From NCBI RefSeq assembly GCF_009914755.1, contig NC_060933.1: a stretch of DNA of 64,000 nt; one strand, 5' to 3'. The position numbers were made by a program, and so were the translations under genes. A model generated the notes under the pieces. The model ran no database searches. It saw nothing but the letters and a program-made list of their open reading frames with translations, and was not told the DNA's origin. Shown here piece by piece: positions 1-12,059 of the stretch. This DNA comes from the human T2T-CHM13v2.0 reference genome, Homo sapiens. Position 1 is the stretch's first letter, and every line of letters starts with the position of its first letter.

Positions 1-505
1 AACGTGTAAGGAAGGGGTCCAGTTTCAGTTTTCTGCATATGGCTAGTCAATTTTCCCAGCACCATTTATTAAACAGGGAATCCTTTCCCTATTGCTTGTT
101 TTTGTCAGGTTTGTTGAAGATCAGATGGTTGTAGACATGTGGCATTATTTCTGAGGCCTCTGCTCTATTTCATTGGTCTGTATATCTGTTTTGGTACCAT
201 TACCATGCTGTTTTGGTTATGTAGCCTTGCAGTGTAGTTTGAAGTCAAGTAACGTGATGCCTCCAGTTTTGTTCTTTTTGCTTGGGATTGTCTTGGCTAT
301 ACGGGCTCTTTTTTGGTTCCATATGAAATTTAAAGTTTTTTTTCTAGTTCTGTGAAGAAAGTCAATGGTAGCTTGATGGGAATAGCATTGAAACTGTAAA
401 TTACTTTGGGCAGTATGGCCATTTTCACGATAATGATTCTTCCTATACATGAGCATGGAATTTTTTCCCATATGTTTGTGTCCTCTCTTATTTCCTTGAG
501 CAGTG
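1..505 (-). mobile_element. LINE-1 (L1PA-type) ORF2 fragment, non-inverted arm of a 5'-inverted insertion; continues beyond window start
   Basis: Minus-strand translation gives L1 ORF2 C-terminal-half peptides (..[33 protein letters not shown]..); frameshifted. Confidence 0.95.
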
Positions 506-1041
506 ATAGATGCAGAAAAGGCCTTCAATAAAATTCAACACCCCTTCATGCTAAAACACTCAATAAACTAGGCATTGATGGAACATATCTCAAAATAATA
601 AGAGCTATTTATGACAAACCCATAGCCAATATCATACTGGATGGGCAAAACCTGGAAGCATTCCCTTTGAAAGCCCACACAGGACAAGGATGCCCTCTTT
701 CACCTTTCCCATTCAACATAGTATTGGAAATTCTGCCCAGGGCAATCAGACAAGAGAAAGAAAGAAAGGGTATTCAGACAGGAAGAAAGGAAATCAAATT
801 GTCTCTGTTTGCAGATGACATGATTGTATATTTAGTAAACCCCATTGTCATCAGCCCCAAAACTCCTTAAGCTGATAAGCAACTTCAGCAAAATATCAGA
901 AAGCAAAATCAATGTGAAAAACTCACAAGCATTCCTATATGCCAGTATTAGACAAACAGAGAGCCAAAAAAATGAGTGAATTCCGTTCAGAATTGCTACA
1001 AAGAAAATAAAATATCTAGGAATACAACTTACAAGGAATGT
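506..1041 (+). mobile_element. LINE-1 ORF2 reverse-transcriptase fragment, inverted 5' arm
   Basis: Plus strand encodes [32 protein letters not shown] and KYLGIQLT motifs of L1 RT; degenerate with stops/frameshifts. Confidence 0.95.
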
Positions 1042-1120
1042 ATATTCTTTATACGCAGAATATTTAGTGCAAAATTTGGGGAGCTAAGAAGAATTTTAGA
1101 TCACAATAATTCAAACTACT

Positions 1121-1477
1121 TGTATTAGTCTGTTCTCACACTGCTAATAAAGATATACCCTAGACTGGGTAATTTATAGAGTACAGAGGTTTAAGGGACT
1201 CACAGTTCCACATGGCTGGGAAGGCTTCACAATCATGGCAGAGGGCAAAGCAGAATCAAAGGCACGTCTTAGATGGTGGCAGGCAAGAGAGAGCTTGTGC
1301 AGGTGAACTCCCATTTATAAAACCATCAGATCTCTTGAGACTTATTCACTACCACAAGAACAGTATGGGGAAACCACTCCCATAATTCAATTATCTCCAC
1401 CTGGCCCTGCCTTTGACACATGGGGGTTGTTACAACTCAAGGTGAGATTCGGATGGGGGCACAGCCAAACCATTTCA
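1121..1477 (-). mobile_element. THE1-family MaLR solo LTR
   Basis: tgtattagtc...ccaaaccatttca termini match reverse-complement THE1; 5-bp TSD ctact/ccact. Confidence 0.92.
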
Positions 1478-2442
1478 CCACTCAAAACTGTTTATTACAT
1501 ATTCTTGGTTATAAGAGTTCCTTTGTTGCTTGATTGAGGATTTTTCATGGCTGCTTCATCCTACAAGGTATCCAGGCCTCATATTATCTTATTACCCCTC
1601 TCGTTTCTTTCTATTCCATGATTCTTCCAGACACCATCCCTCCCAGATTCCTTCACAAACTTCAAAATCAAATTTATTCAAATTTTCAAGATAATTTAGC
1701 TTTTCCCAGCTGCTGCTCCTGACTCAGCTCCATGCCACCACTGGCTATACAAATTTGTTAAATAACATCTGCCCTGCTTGGAACATATTTATGATTTATA
1801 GGCTAATTATTATTTCATTGGATATACTAAAGATGTCCAAGTAAAAGTAATGTGACTGGAAAATCTTTACAAATATTAATTTTTTACTTAATTAGGAACT
1901 CATCAAATTTCTTCTCTGGACCCAGAACCAGTGCCCCCCCAGCATACACTCCTGGACATAAGCCCTGTCCTGTTTTAAACAACACTACATTTACAGCAGA
2001 GAAAGTCATAAAGTGATTCTGAACTAGAAAAAAAATATATAAAATGTACACATGCATAATCAGTACCTCACCCCACAACCCCCGGCGCAACACATACACA
2101 CAGCCTGAGACTAGATAACATCCTATAGATTGGGGCAAAATGAGAAAGGAGGAACAGTGAGATGTGTCATCAAAAGGAGATTGCCCTGTTTTGCCTGAGA
2201 TGGAGCACCTGCAACCAGCACAGGGACAGGTGTGGACTAAAGACCATCCCATCTCTATTTCAGTAGCATGCAGCACATTTCATCTGGATTGAGGAGCTCT
2301 GGAGGAGTACTTGTAATTGCTAGCAATAAGTCTATGATCAACTGTCAAGGGAAACTTCTACTTGCACCTTAATCTTTTAACACCCCTCTCTCACACACAC
2401 ACAAACACACCAATAACTATGCTGTATGGACAACTATCTTTC

Positions 2443-2724
2443 TTCCTTTTTTTTCAGTCTGTTGCCTAGGCTGGAGTGCAGTGGCACCATCATAGCTCAC
2501 TGCAGCCTTGAACTCCTGGGCTCAAGCAATTTTCCTGCCTCAGCCTTCCAGGTACCTAGGATTACAGTCACATGCCACACCAGGCTATTTTATTTTTATT
2601 CTTTTGTAGAGACGGGGGTCTCATTATTTTGCCCAGGCTGGGTTTGAACTCCTGGCCTCAAGCAGTCCTCTCAACCCAGCCTCCCAAACTACTGAGATTA
2701 CAGGTGTGAGCCACCATGACTGCC
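2443..2724 (-). mobile_element. AluJ-type SINE
   Basis: Antisense dimeric Alu with J-type catagctcactgcagccttgaactcctgggctcaag; TSD acaactatctttc at 2430-2442 and 2727-2739. Confidence 0.93.
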
Positions 2725-3295
2725 AAACAACTATCTTTCAACAGAAACATAATTACAAACTTTGGGAAGAGACACTAAGGGCCTAGACATCTAGGGTGGT
2801 GATGATGATGTGGAAGGAAAGCAGCCCCTAGCACCACATCCTGACCTCAAGCTATCTTTTCTCAAGATACACACAAATATAGATGAACCAAGCAAAGATA
2901 CCCACTGAGTTAAGATACTGGTGAAACTTCTATCCCATTGAGTATCAAGAAAGGAGATTAGGGGAGGGGAAAAGGCAAGGAGGGAACTGACAGATGCTGG
3001 CAGTTCCTAGACAGGCCATCCGGAAGTGGGTTTGTGAGCCAGATATCTAGAACTGAAGGAGGAAGACATAGCCTCTTAATTGGTTTGGGGCATTGAAATA
3101 TGTGTGGGCCACTGATAATAACTCCAGGTCCAGAACTGTAGGACCCATCAGCAGCAGTGGTGGAAAAAGGGAAGAGCTGAAATTTTACAGAAGGACTTAC
3201 CCTCCCTATCTCCTCCACTTTCCTGTTAGCTTCCAGCATCCGTATCAACTTCATCACGTGTGCATTTGTCACACCAGGTGTCATCTTCAAAATAA

Positions 3296-3426
3296 ATTTT
3301 GTTAAATTTGTTTTCATTGATACATAATAGAGGTACACATTTTCAGGGTACATGTGATCAGTGATACATGTATATTTTTGTAAATATCAAGTCAGTGTAA
3401 CTGGGATATCCATCAACTTAAATTTT
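3296..3426 (-). mobile_element. Old L1 (L1MA-type) 3' end fragment
   Basis: ttgatacataatag..tacacattttcagggtacatgtgat..gggatatccatca resembles antisense L1MA 3' terminus. Confidence 0.7.
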
Positions 3427-3429
3427 AAT

Positions 3430-3670
3430 GGGTGATCAAATGTCTACAGTGTGCCAGGATATGCTGTGCATTTTGGTGCATTCGCCTATATATCATTTGG
3501 TCATCACATTGATCATAAGGCATTGATATTTTATTCCCATTTTTCAGATTACAAAAATAAAGTGGACCAAAGGTATGAATTGATTTACTTAAGGTCACAG
3601 AAGTAATAAATATCAGAACCAGAATTTAAACCTGGTCTTCTGATCTCAAGTTCATGATTCTTTCCACAGC
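3430..3670 (-). mobile_element. MIR SINE
   Basis: cccattttt-cagat...aaggtcacag...agaaccagaatttaaacc antisense MIR core. Confidence 0.75.
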
Positions 3671-3909
3671 AGCAATATATTCTTAAAATATTAGATTTAC
3701 AATGGATGTTAATAATTATTTAGTCCAGGAATGACAGATATATTCTAAATGATGGCCCAGCTTGGATTGTTCCAGGCAGCCTGGAGTGTGTGTTGAGAAA
3801 AACATGGGGACCCATCGCTAACTCCATGGGAAAAAGTATCATGATTGCTTCTCAGTGTCTGCCTCAGACACCTCTGCCAGGTACTTTCCAAATTTAGCTT
3901 AATTCTCTC

Positions 3910-4030
3910 TTCCCATTTTTACAGATGAGAAAATTAATGCTGGGAGATTTAAAATGAATTGCCCAAGAACACACAGTATGACATTGGCAGAGCTGTGGGT
4001 AAGTGTCCACCTTTCCTGATTTCATATCTG
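3910..4030 (-). mobile_element. MIR fragment
   Basis: cccatttttacagatgagaaaa...gcccaagaacacacag. Confidence 0.7.
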
Positions 4031-5371
4031 TAGCTCTTGGCCTCACCCTGGTCCTTCCCTCAGAGTTCTCATGGGAGACCTGCCAAATCACTCAAGTTTT
4101 CTGAATCTCTTTCTGACCTCGTTTCTCTCTTTCATATCTCATATATGATATGCATATCATCTGAGTAAAGTGTTTTGAGGAGGAGTCCATTGTGAAACAC
4201 TAGCTTGCTATCGTCAATAAGATTCCACAGTCAAGGTTTTTGTTGAGGAATTGCTGAGAGGGATATATCACAAGGGATTAATGTGCACCAAGTGCCAATG
4301 CTGGGACTGGATGAGCAAATACAGAGCAGTTAAGAAATAGACAGACCCAGCTCAGCATTTAGCAACTGGCTGGTGCTAAATTTTCCTCAGTGAGTTTTAC
4401 CTGATCAGTTCAAGGCACCATAGGGTGGTTCATTGGTGCAAGGAAAATGGCTGAAGCTCTGTGTTTAAATTTAGGAGAAACAGTGAAAAACATAGCCATT
4501 CACTGAAATGTCATCCATTTAATGGGGGAGAAAAAGTACGTATATATAAAATGAAGCGGACATTTAAAGAATCTAGATCGTTCAGACTGAAAATTATTCT
4601 ATAGTAGTATTTAACCCATAAGTTATAAAATTAAACGAGACCATGCTTATCAATTATTTAACCAGTTTCTAGAAAACAATAATTGCTTAAAGGTCAATAA
4701 ATAATAATACTTTTAAAGGAGAAAGTGTTGTAGGGCTGTGTGCATGTATAGGGGCGTAAATGCATGTATTGATGTATGTGTGTTCAGTTAATCATCTGCT
4801 TAACTAAATTGTCCTTGTGCTGTAGACACTCTAGTTTTCTTCATATTTGTAAGTGGAGAACAACCACACTTTAAACTGGACTGTCCAGGTATTGTTTTTT
4901 CTTTTTCACTGAACACAGGCATCTTATTAAATCTTCTGGTGTTCATGAGATGTGGACAAATAAGCATTATTAGATTGGAGTTGCTAGTGCTGAAACTGAG
5001 TCACAGAGACATTATGTGATTAGCCCTGAGTCACACAGCTGTTGAATGCCAGGGCAATCATGAGGAATGGGTTCCCTCACTCCCAATTCAGAGTTGTGGT
5101 CTCTCTCCCCTTTGCATTAGGATCAAAAATCCCTCTCCTCTCCCACCCCTTTTTTCCCGCTTCTCTATTCCTTGTATTTGCTTTTTCTGTTGCTTACTCT
5201 AACTCAAATCAACAACTATTTATAAAATGTATTTCATGTGTCCACTGTTGATGACTAGACCATGAATAAACCTTGGTTTGTATTAATGACAAATGCTGGT
5301 GGTTGCCTAACCTCCATTTTTCTTTTTGACAGTTCTTGTTAAAATCATTACTGCTCCTTTGCTCTACATAG

Positions 5372-5742
5372 TGTGTTAGTCCGTTCTCATGCTGCTAATA
5401 AAGACACACTCAAGACTTGGCAATTTATAAAGGGAAGAGGTTTAATTGACTCACAGTTCAGCATGGCTGGGGAGGCCTCAGGAAACTTACAATCTTGGTA
5501 GAAGGGGAAGCAAACATGTGCTTCTTCACATGGGGGTAGCAAGGAGAAGTGCAGAGCGAAGGCAGGAAAAGCCCTTTACAAAACCATCAGATCTCATGAG
5601 AACTCACTATCACGAGAACAGCATGGAAGTGACTCCCCCATGATTCAATTACCTCTCACCAAGTCTCTTCCTTGACATGAGGGAATTATGGGAACTATAA
5701 TTCAATATGAGATTTGGGTGGGGACACAGCCAAACCATATTA
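5372..5742 (-). mobile_element. THE1-family (THE1D-like) MaLR solo LTR
   Basis: Antisense THE1 sequence with both termini; TSD catag/tatag. Confidence 0.92.
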
Positions 5743-5749
5743 TATAGGG

Positions 5750-6125
5750 GAGGAAAACTCTATTCCAGACTCCAGCAATAAATCCAGAATACCTAGGGAA
5801 CACTGATCATGTCTTTGCTAGGGATGTGCTTAGCAGCATCCTGTGACCATACTCGGGACAGTGCAAGGAGATTTACTCAGGACTTCTGGGAAAGGTTTTT
5901 GTTGTTGTTTCCCAAGATGATTCCAAAAGAAATGTTCACTTTCTTGTAATGGATGTTGGCATATCTGGATAGAAAGCTAAAATTGCACCTGCTTTGTTCC
6001 CAGAGGGAAGCCAGATTTCTGGCATTCCAGGGCTGGACATTCTGGGTCTCTTGGTATGTGAAATAAGCTCCCATTTGAGATATGGTTTCCCTGTCGGTGG
6101 CCACTAGAGGCATCTTAACAAATAA
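5750..6125 (+). mobile_element. Old ERVL-class LTR fragment (LTR16/LTR33-like)
   Basis: gacttctgggaaaggttt motif and ...ggcatcttaacaaata end resemble old ERVL LTRs; highly diverged. Confidence 0.4.
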
Positions 6126-6460
6126 AGTACCCTAAAGAAACTTCGCTGCTTTGATTATTACTATAGTGTATGGTTACACACTGTGGAGTAAGACTCAGAA
6201 TATTGTTTCTAGCCCTTGCTAGATGTGCAACGCTCTGCTGTTTGCTTCTGGATCACAGAGCCTGGTACTTTGTAGAAGGTTAATAAGTAGTTGCTTAATA
6301 AATTAATTGATTTATAAATGAATTAATAAAACAGACTTACAATTAGGTCATAGGATAGTTGTGATGATAAATTTAGATAACATGCATAAATATGTGGAAA
6401 CTGCCTGGCATATGATTATTAAAATGAATAAAGACAACCACTTTTCTAAGTATTGGCCAG

Positions 6461-6567
6461 ATACCAATCTTGCCCAGATTAATTAATACCCATTGGTATT
6501 AATTAATACCAATCTTGCCCAGATTAATTAATACCCAGATTAATCTGTCTTTTTAATACCCAGATTT
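6461..6567. repeat. Local duplication with embedded perfect palindromes
   Basis: 32-bp unit ataccaatcttgcccagattaattaataccca at 6461 and 6506; 22-bp palindrome at 6492-6513; 12-bp palindrome at 6536-6547. Confidence 0.9.
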
Positions 6568-7826
6568 GCTCATGAGGCTCAACACAATAAGACTGTAGGG
6601 AGAAATGAATGAACTTTGGAAACTGTAAGTCATGACACAAGAGTGAAGCATTCATTCATGTACTCATAAATCTGCTTTATATACTTTCTATGTGCTAGAT
6701 ACTATTGTAAGCATTGGCGACACTATGCTTAGACATTGCCTGCCTTAGTTGAAGTTATAATCTGTTGGAGAAGAGATGGACTATGAAAAAACAAATAAGT
6801 AAAATGAATAGCATAGCATTAGAAAGTGGTTCACTCTATACCACCTCCAACACAATAATGGCCAAGACAACAAAAGCAGGAGAGGAATATAGAGGATGTG
6901 GTGGAGAGGATGATGCAATCTTAAGTAGGGTAATGAGGGAATGTCTGAATAAGAAGATAACAGTTGATCACAGAGCTGAAGAAGATGATGGAACAAGTGT
7001 TTCAGATATATGGGGCAATTATATTTCAGGTTTGAAAAACAAATAAAAGAGAATAGTACATTCAAATGTATCAAAGTGAGAGTATGTCTAATGTGATCTA
7101 GAATAGTAAGGAGGCCAGTGTGACTGAGTTAGAGTGAACTGAAGGAGACTATTTGGAAGTAATGCCAGAGTTGGTCAAAAAGACAGAGTAAGACTCTGTA
7201 AGTCACTATAAAACTTTGGCTTTCACTCTGAGTAAGATGGACACTCATTGAAGGAATGATGCCATCTTTTGAAAGGAATTCTCTGGATACTGTGTCAAAA
7301 GATGATGCTGTCCTGGGGTCGGGTGATAGTTGTTGATAAATGAGCAATGGTCAGGTTCTGGGCATAGTTTGAAGATAAAGTGAACAAGATTCATTGACAG
7401 ATAACATGTGAAATATACAAAAGAAGGTATACATGGATACAAGGATACCACAGTCATCTGGCCTGAGAAACTGAAAGGGTGAAGTTTCTATTGAAAAGTA
7501 TGAGTAACACTGTGGACGCAAGTCTTGGGGGGCAAGATTGGGACATCGGTAATAGTTGATATGCCTGTTAGACATGCAGTGGAGATGCTTGGAAGAGTTG
7601 GATATAGAGACCTGGAGCTCCAGAGAGACATCATAACCAAAGATGTAAATTTAAAAGTCCTTAGTGTAAAGAGGCATTTAAAACAATGTACTCAATGGGG
7701 TAACCAAGAAGGGACTGTAGATAGAGAAAAAATGGAGCCCTAAGACACCCAGTGTTTAGAAGTGAGAAGATAAAAGGGACCCAAAAAAAAGACTCTTTAA
7801 CTGTTCACTGAGGTAAGAAGAAAAAT

Positions 7827-8338
7827 TGCCGAGACCAGCTCGATCAGGGAGACCCTAACACAGTGGTTCTAGAGGAATTAAAGACACATACACAGAAATA
7901 TAGAGGTGTAAAGTGGGAAATCAGGGTTCTCACAGCCTTCAGAGCTGAGAGCCCTGAACAGAGATTTACCCATGTATTTATTAACAGCAAGCCAATCATT
8001 AGCATTTTTCTATAGATATTTGATTAACTAAAAGTATCCCTTATGGGAAATGAATGGATGGGCTGAAATAAAGGGGTGGGTCTGGCTAGTTATTTGCAGC
8101 AGGAACATGCCCTTAAGGCACAGATCACTCATGCTGTTGTTTGTGGTTTAAGAACGCCTTTAAGTGATTTTCCGCCCTGGGCTGGCCAGGTGTTCCTTGC
8201 CCTCATCCCAGTAAACCCACAAACTTCCAGCGTGGGTGTTATGGCCATCATGAACATGTCACAGTGCTGCAGAGATTTTGTTTATGGCCAGTTTTGGGGC
8301 CAGTTTATGGCCAGATTTTGGGGTGCCTGTTCCCAACA
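7827..8338 (-). mobile_element. MER9 solo LTR (HERV-K HML-3 class)
   Basis: Reverse complement begins tgttgggaacaggcaccccaaaatctggccataaactggcccc as in MER9; 512 bp; aaaat duplicated on both flanks. Confidence 0.9.
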
Positions 8339-8400
8339 AAAATAAAGAATATGTATCTTGAAACCAAGTGAACTAAACTTGTTTCAGAAATGAGAAAGTA

Positions 8401-8900
8401 CAGTCGACCATTAAAAAATGTGAGGACTAAGATCTCTGACGATCTGCAGTCAAAAAATTGTGTATAATTTTTTACTCCCCCAAAATTTAACTACTAATAG
8501 CCCACTCTTGACCAGAAGTCTCATCAATAACATAAAGTCAATTTACACATATTTTTATGTTATGTATATCCTATGCTATGTTCTTACAGTAAAAATAAGC
8601 TAGAGAAATAAGTAGATCTTATTAACAAAATTAAAAGAAAGAGAAAACACTTTTTATTTATTAAACAGAAGTGGATCATCACAGCGGTGTTCATCCTCAT
8701 CTTCACATTGAGTAGGCTGAGGAAGAGGAGGGGGAACAAGTATTGGTCTTGCTGTCTCAGGGGTGGCAGGGACAAAAGAGGTGGAGAAGGTTGAAAGGAA
8801 GACAAGAAAGGCAGGCATATTTGGTGTAAGTTTTATTGAAAAAAATCCATATCTAAATTCATCCACACAGTTCATATCCATGTTGTTTAAGGGTCAACTG
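8401..8900 (-). mobile_element. Tigger2a/MER28-type TcMar DNA transposon
   Basis: TIRs cagtcgacc.../...gggtcaactg, both flanked by TA target duplication. Confidence 0.85.
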
Positions 8901-9293
8901 TAATCATGAAGTAAATGTTTCTGTTGAGTCAATTAAGATGAAGATTACAAAGGGAATATTGGCTTTAGCAACAGGGAGGTTGAGGAGATCTTCAAAAGAT
9001 TAGGTAGTGTTATCATTAGTATTGAACTTAGGGAGTAGAAAGAATGCTGAATTTGGAGTCAGGAAACTTAAGTTCAACTATAACAAATAAATAAATAAAG
9101 GAGATAAATTCCTCAAAGGGTGATTATGATGACCAAATGATATAACGAAGCTAAACATACTCTGTGGGACATCAAAAATATGTAAATATCAACTCAAAAA
9201 CATCATGGCTATGAGGCATATGTGATTATTAAGTATTTGTAACTACTTGTGTGCTTTAAAACACTGCTCAGGCATACACCAGGCTCCCACCCC

Positions 9294-9335
9294 CACAACA
9301 CACACACACACACAGGCACACACACGGTATACACA
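9294..9335. repeat. (CA)n microsatellite, imperfect
   Basis: Direct reading. Confidence 0.85.
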
Positions 9336-10057
9336 AATTCTTTCAATAACAGAGGAAACTGAATATGTATCATGAAGCTTTAGCAGGTTTAGGAGTTAAG
9401 CCAGTCTGTTGCAGTTCTGGTGCTGCTGACATTACCAGACGGCATTAATTTAATTCTGCTCAGTTATGCTTTTAAATTTGATTTGAGTAATGTGTCATAA
9501 AATGCTATTGAGAAGTGCAGTGCTGCATTCCTAAGCAGGCTAGGAGGCTGTGTCTGCTCTGGGAATCCTTAAGAGAAATGGATTGAGATCATGTTGTGCC
9601 TGTAGACTTTAGGAAGTTTACTCTTTGCTGGGATCTGGCGACAGAGGTTTGCTGATCCAGGATTTCTCACTGTTGAGAAGAGATCAGAAGAAAAGCATAC
9701 ATCTCTAGGGAATAAGGAGGAGATTTCAAAGAATATAGGAAAGCATGTGAAAAACTACAATTTTAACAAATAACAGGGATAGCTTAAAAGACTGTGCATA
9801 TAAATAAAGCGGAGTTTATTTTAAAGTCCTTTAGCTCACTTGTTATACTGGGTCATCCTTATTAGTTTCACATCTCTTTTGTCTGGCCTCAGTTTTTCTA
9901 TGCTTAAATTGAAAGTAATAGACTAAATCAGTTGTGTCCAAAGAAAGACAAAGCCTTTGCAAAGTGCATCATAATGATCTATTGGGGTGTGGAAAACAAT
10001 TCTGGGACCTCCTTTATTTTCATTGATTTCTAGTGCATCTGTTAAAATACATGTTCC

Positions 10058-10360
10058 ACCGAGGCATAGTGGCTCACACCTATAATCTCAGTACTTTGGG
10101 AAGCTGAGGTAGGATGACTGCTTGAGCCCAGGAGTTCAAGACTAGCCTGGGAAACATGGCAAAACCCTGTATCTACAAAAAAATACAAAAATTAGCCAAG
10201 CGTGATAGCACATGTCTGTAGTCCCAGATACTCTGGAGGCAGAGGTGGGAGATCCCATGAGCTCCAGAAGTCAAGGCTGCTGCAGTGAGCCATGATTGCA
10301 CCTCTGCACTCCAGCCTGGGCAACAAAACCTGTCTCAAAAAATAAATACATAAAATAAAA
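10058..10360 (+). mobile_element. AluJ-type SINE
   Basis: Sense Alu with cttgagcccaggagttcaagac and gtcaaggctgc J diagnostics; A-rich tail. Confidence 0.92.
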
Positions 10361-10490
10361 TGTATGCTTCTTGTATATGTTTTTGTAATGCACTTAATAT
10401 AAATAGCAAATCAATCAATCAATAAGTTTATATTGACTGTGTGTCCTCCCTGTCTATATTTTGGTCTCTTTTATCAGTTGACTGACTAAT

Positions 10491-10726
10491 CAGTGGTCCC
10501 CAAACTTTTTGGCATGAGGACCGGTTTCATAGACAACAATTTTTCCACAAACTGCGGTGTAGGTAGGGGCTGGTGGCTTCAGGATGAAACTGTTAGATTC
10601 TCATAAGGAACATACAACCTAGATCCCTTGCATGTGCATTTCATAATAGAGCTTGCACTTCTATGAGAATCTAATGCCACCACTGATCTGACAAGAGTTG
10701 GCATTAGGTACCAGTCCTAGCCCCTG
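10491..10726 (+). mobile_element. MER1B-type hAT-Charlie MITE, internally deleted
   Basis: cagtggtccccaaactttttggca...cccctg termini; internal ttagattctcataag / ctatgagaatctaa inverted motif; gactaat on both flanks. Confidence 0.85.
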
Positions 10727-12059
10727 GACTAATTGACTGATTTATGTATTCTGATAGAAACATGTAATCAAAATAATCTAGGGAAGACTTGCCTAATTGA
10801 TCCCTTACAGACTTCATAGCTCTATTTTATAAACAATTTTATGGCCCTGAAACTGGTTATACTGACCATTGTGATTATCTTTAAAAAGTGAAATGGCAGC
10901 TTGACCATTGAATTGATTGCTCGGCTTTTCTTTGGCTTTTTGATGATTAAAAAATAACAATAATAACGCTTTTTACCAGGAACTTCCTAGAGGCAGTAAG
11001 AGCTGTCTCAGTTTCTATATTTTAAAAATATCTAAAGTAATACCTTATGTGAAATCCCTGAGTGGTAGCAAAAAATTTTAATTTGGTTCTAGATATTTCA
11101 GCCATAGTCCCAGCTCTGTCAGTGGTTTGCCAGGGTTGGGGGTTTGGTGTGGCAGGTTTAGATTAGCCATGCCAGTGCTCTGGGCCTCATGGTTCAGTCT
11201 GCTGATGTAAAAGCTTGGAATTCTGCAGACACAGAGCTCAGCTTAATGTTGGTTTCCTCTGCTAAGTCTTCCCCAACCCCTCCATCAAAGGGACTGCTTC
11301 TTTCCCTTCCTACAGTAACTCTTTGTCGTATGTACTACTTTGTTTTCTTCATAGCTATCTAAAATGGTCTATTTATTATTTTGTTGATGTGCTTATTGTC
11401 TGTCTTCTCTAACTAGAATGTGAGCTCCATAGAAACTGCAAAGAATGCAGGCAGGCAGATAAACCAGCAGGCAAATGAAATTTAAGTTTCAAGACCCCAG
11501 GAGGTTATGATAGCAATGTAATCATGTGGTTATGGGTTTGGGGGCTATTTTCCAGAATTTTTAAAAAGTATGTGTTTCATTATATTAAAAAGACCACTGT
11601 TTATTTTTACCCTGACACTCCATTCATTATATTTTGCTTTGTGTCCAGTGGTGTGGGCATTTTGGGATCCAGCTAAAGGAAATTTTAAGTGGGTATATAA
11701 TTTGCAGGGTTTGATGGGGTACATTTTTGTGTAGTTTGTCATCACTTCTGTGTCTTAAGCTATTGTTAGATTCCACAGATTATTAAGGGGTAGAGCAGAG
11801 ACTCAAAGGGATATTTGTCTGCCTCTAATGCTAATGATCTTAGTATTAAACCATGACTTTTTGTAAGTTTAGTGATAACAGGTGTCCGTTTCTAAAATTT
11901 GGAAATACGATTATGTTTTCAGCCACTTGCCAACCAGCCTTCCTACATTGCATGACATGTTTCCAGTCTCATAAACCATTTTTGCCCTGCTTGTTCACTG
12001 CACTCTCTCCTAATTATTGTTCCTGATTCCTTTCATTTGAAACTATGTAATTCTGCAAC

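Larger units (their letters stand above)
6648..9000 (-). mobile_element. L2 LINE relic interrupted by MER9 and Tigger2-type insertions
   Basis: Starts with antisense L2 tail (cattcattca..tatgtgctagatactattg); purine-rich L2 body resumes after each nested insert. Confidence 0.8.

Noticed and set aside
1884-2276. 130-aa minus-strand ORF (similarly 17102-17494 and 22239-22739)
   Set aside because: No recognisable domain, splice context or coding-like composition; lengths are compatible with chance
4145-4160. 16-bp palindrome atgatatgcatatcat
   Set aside because: Sits in AT/TA low-complexity sequence where such palindromes arise easily; no associated structure
6098-6114. Possible CTCF site tggccactagaggcatc
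   Set aside because: One base short in the G run relative to the CCASYAGRKGGC core; not supportable without ChIP data
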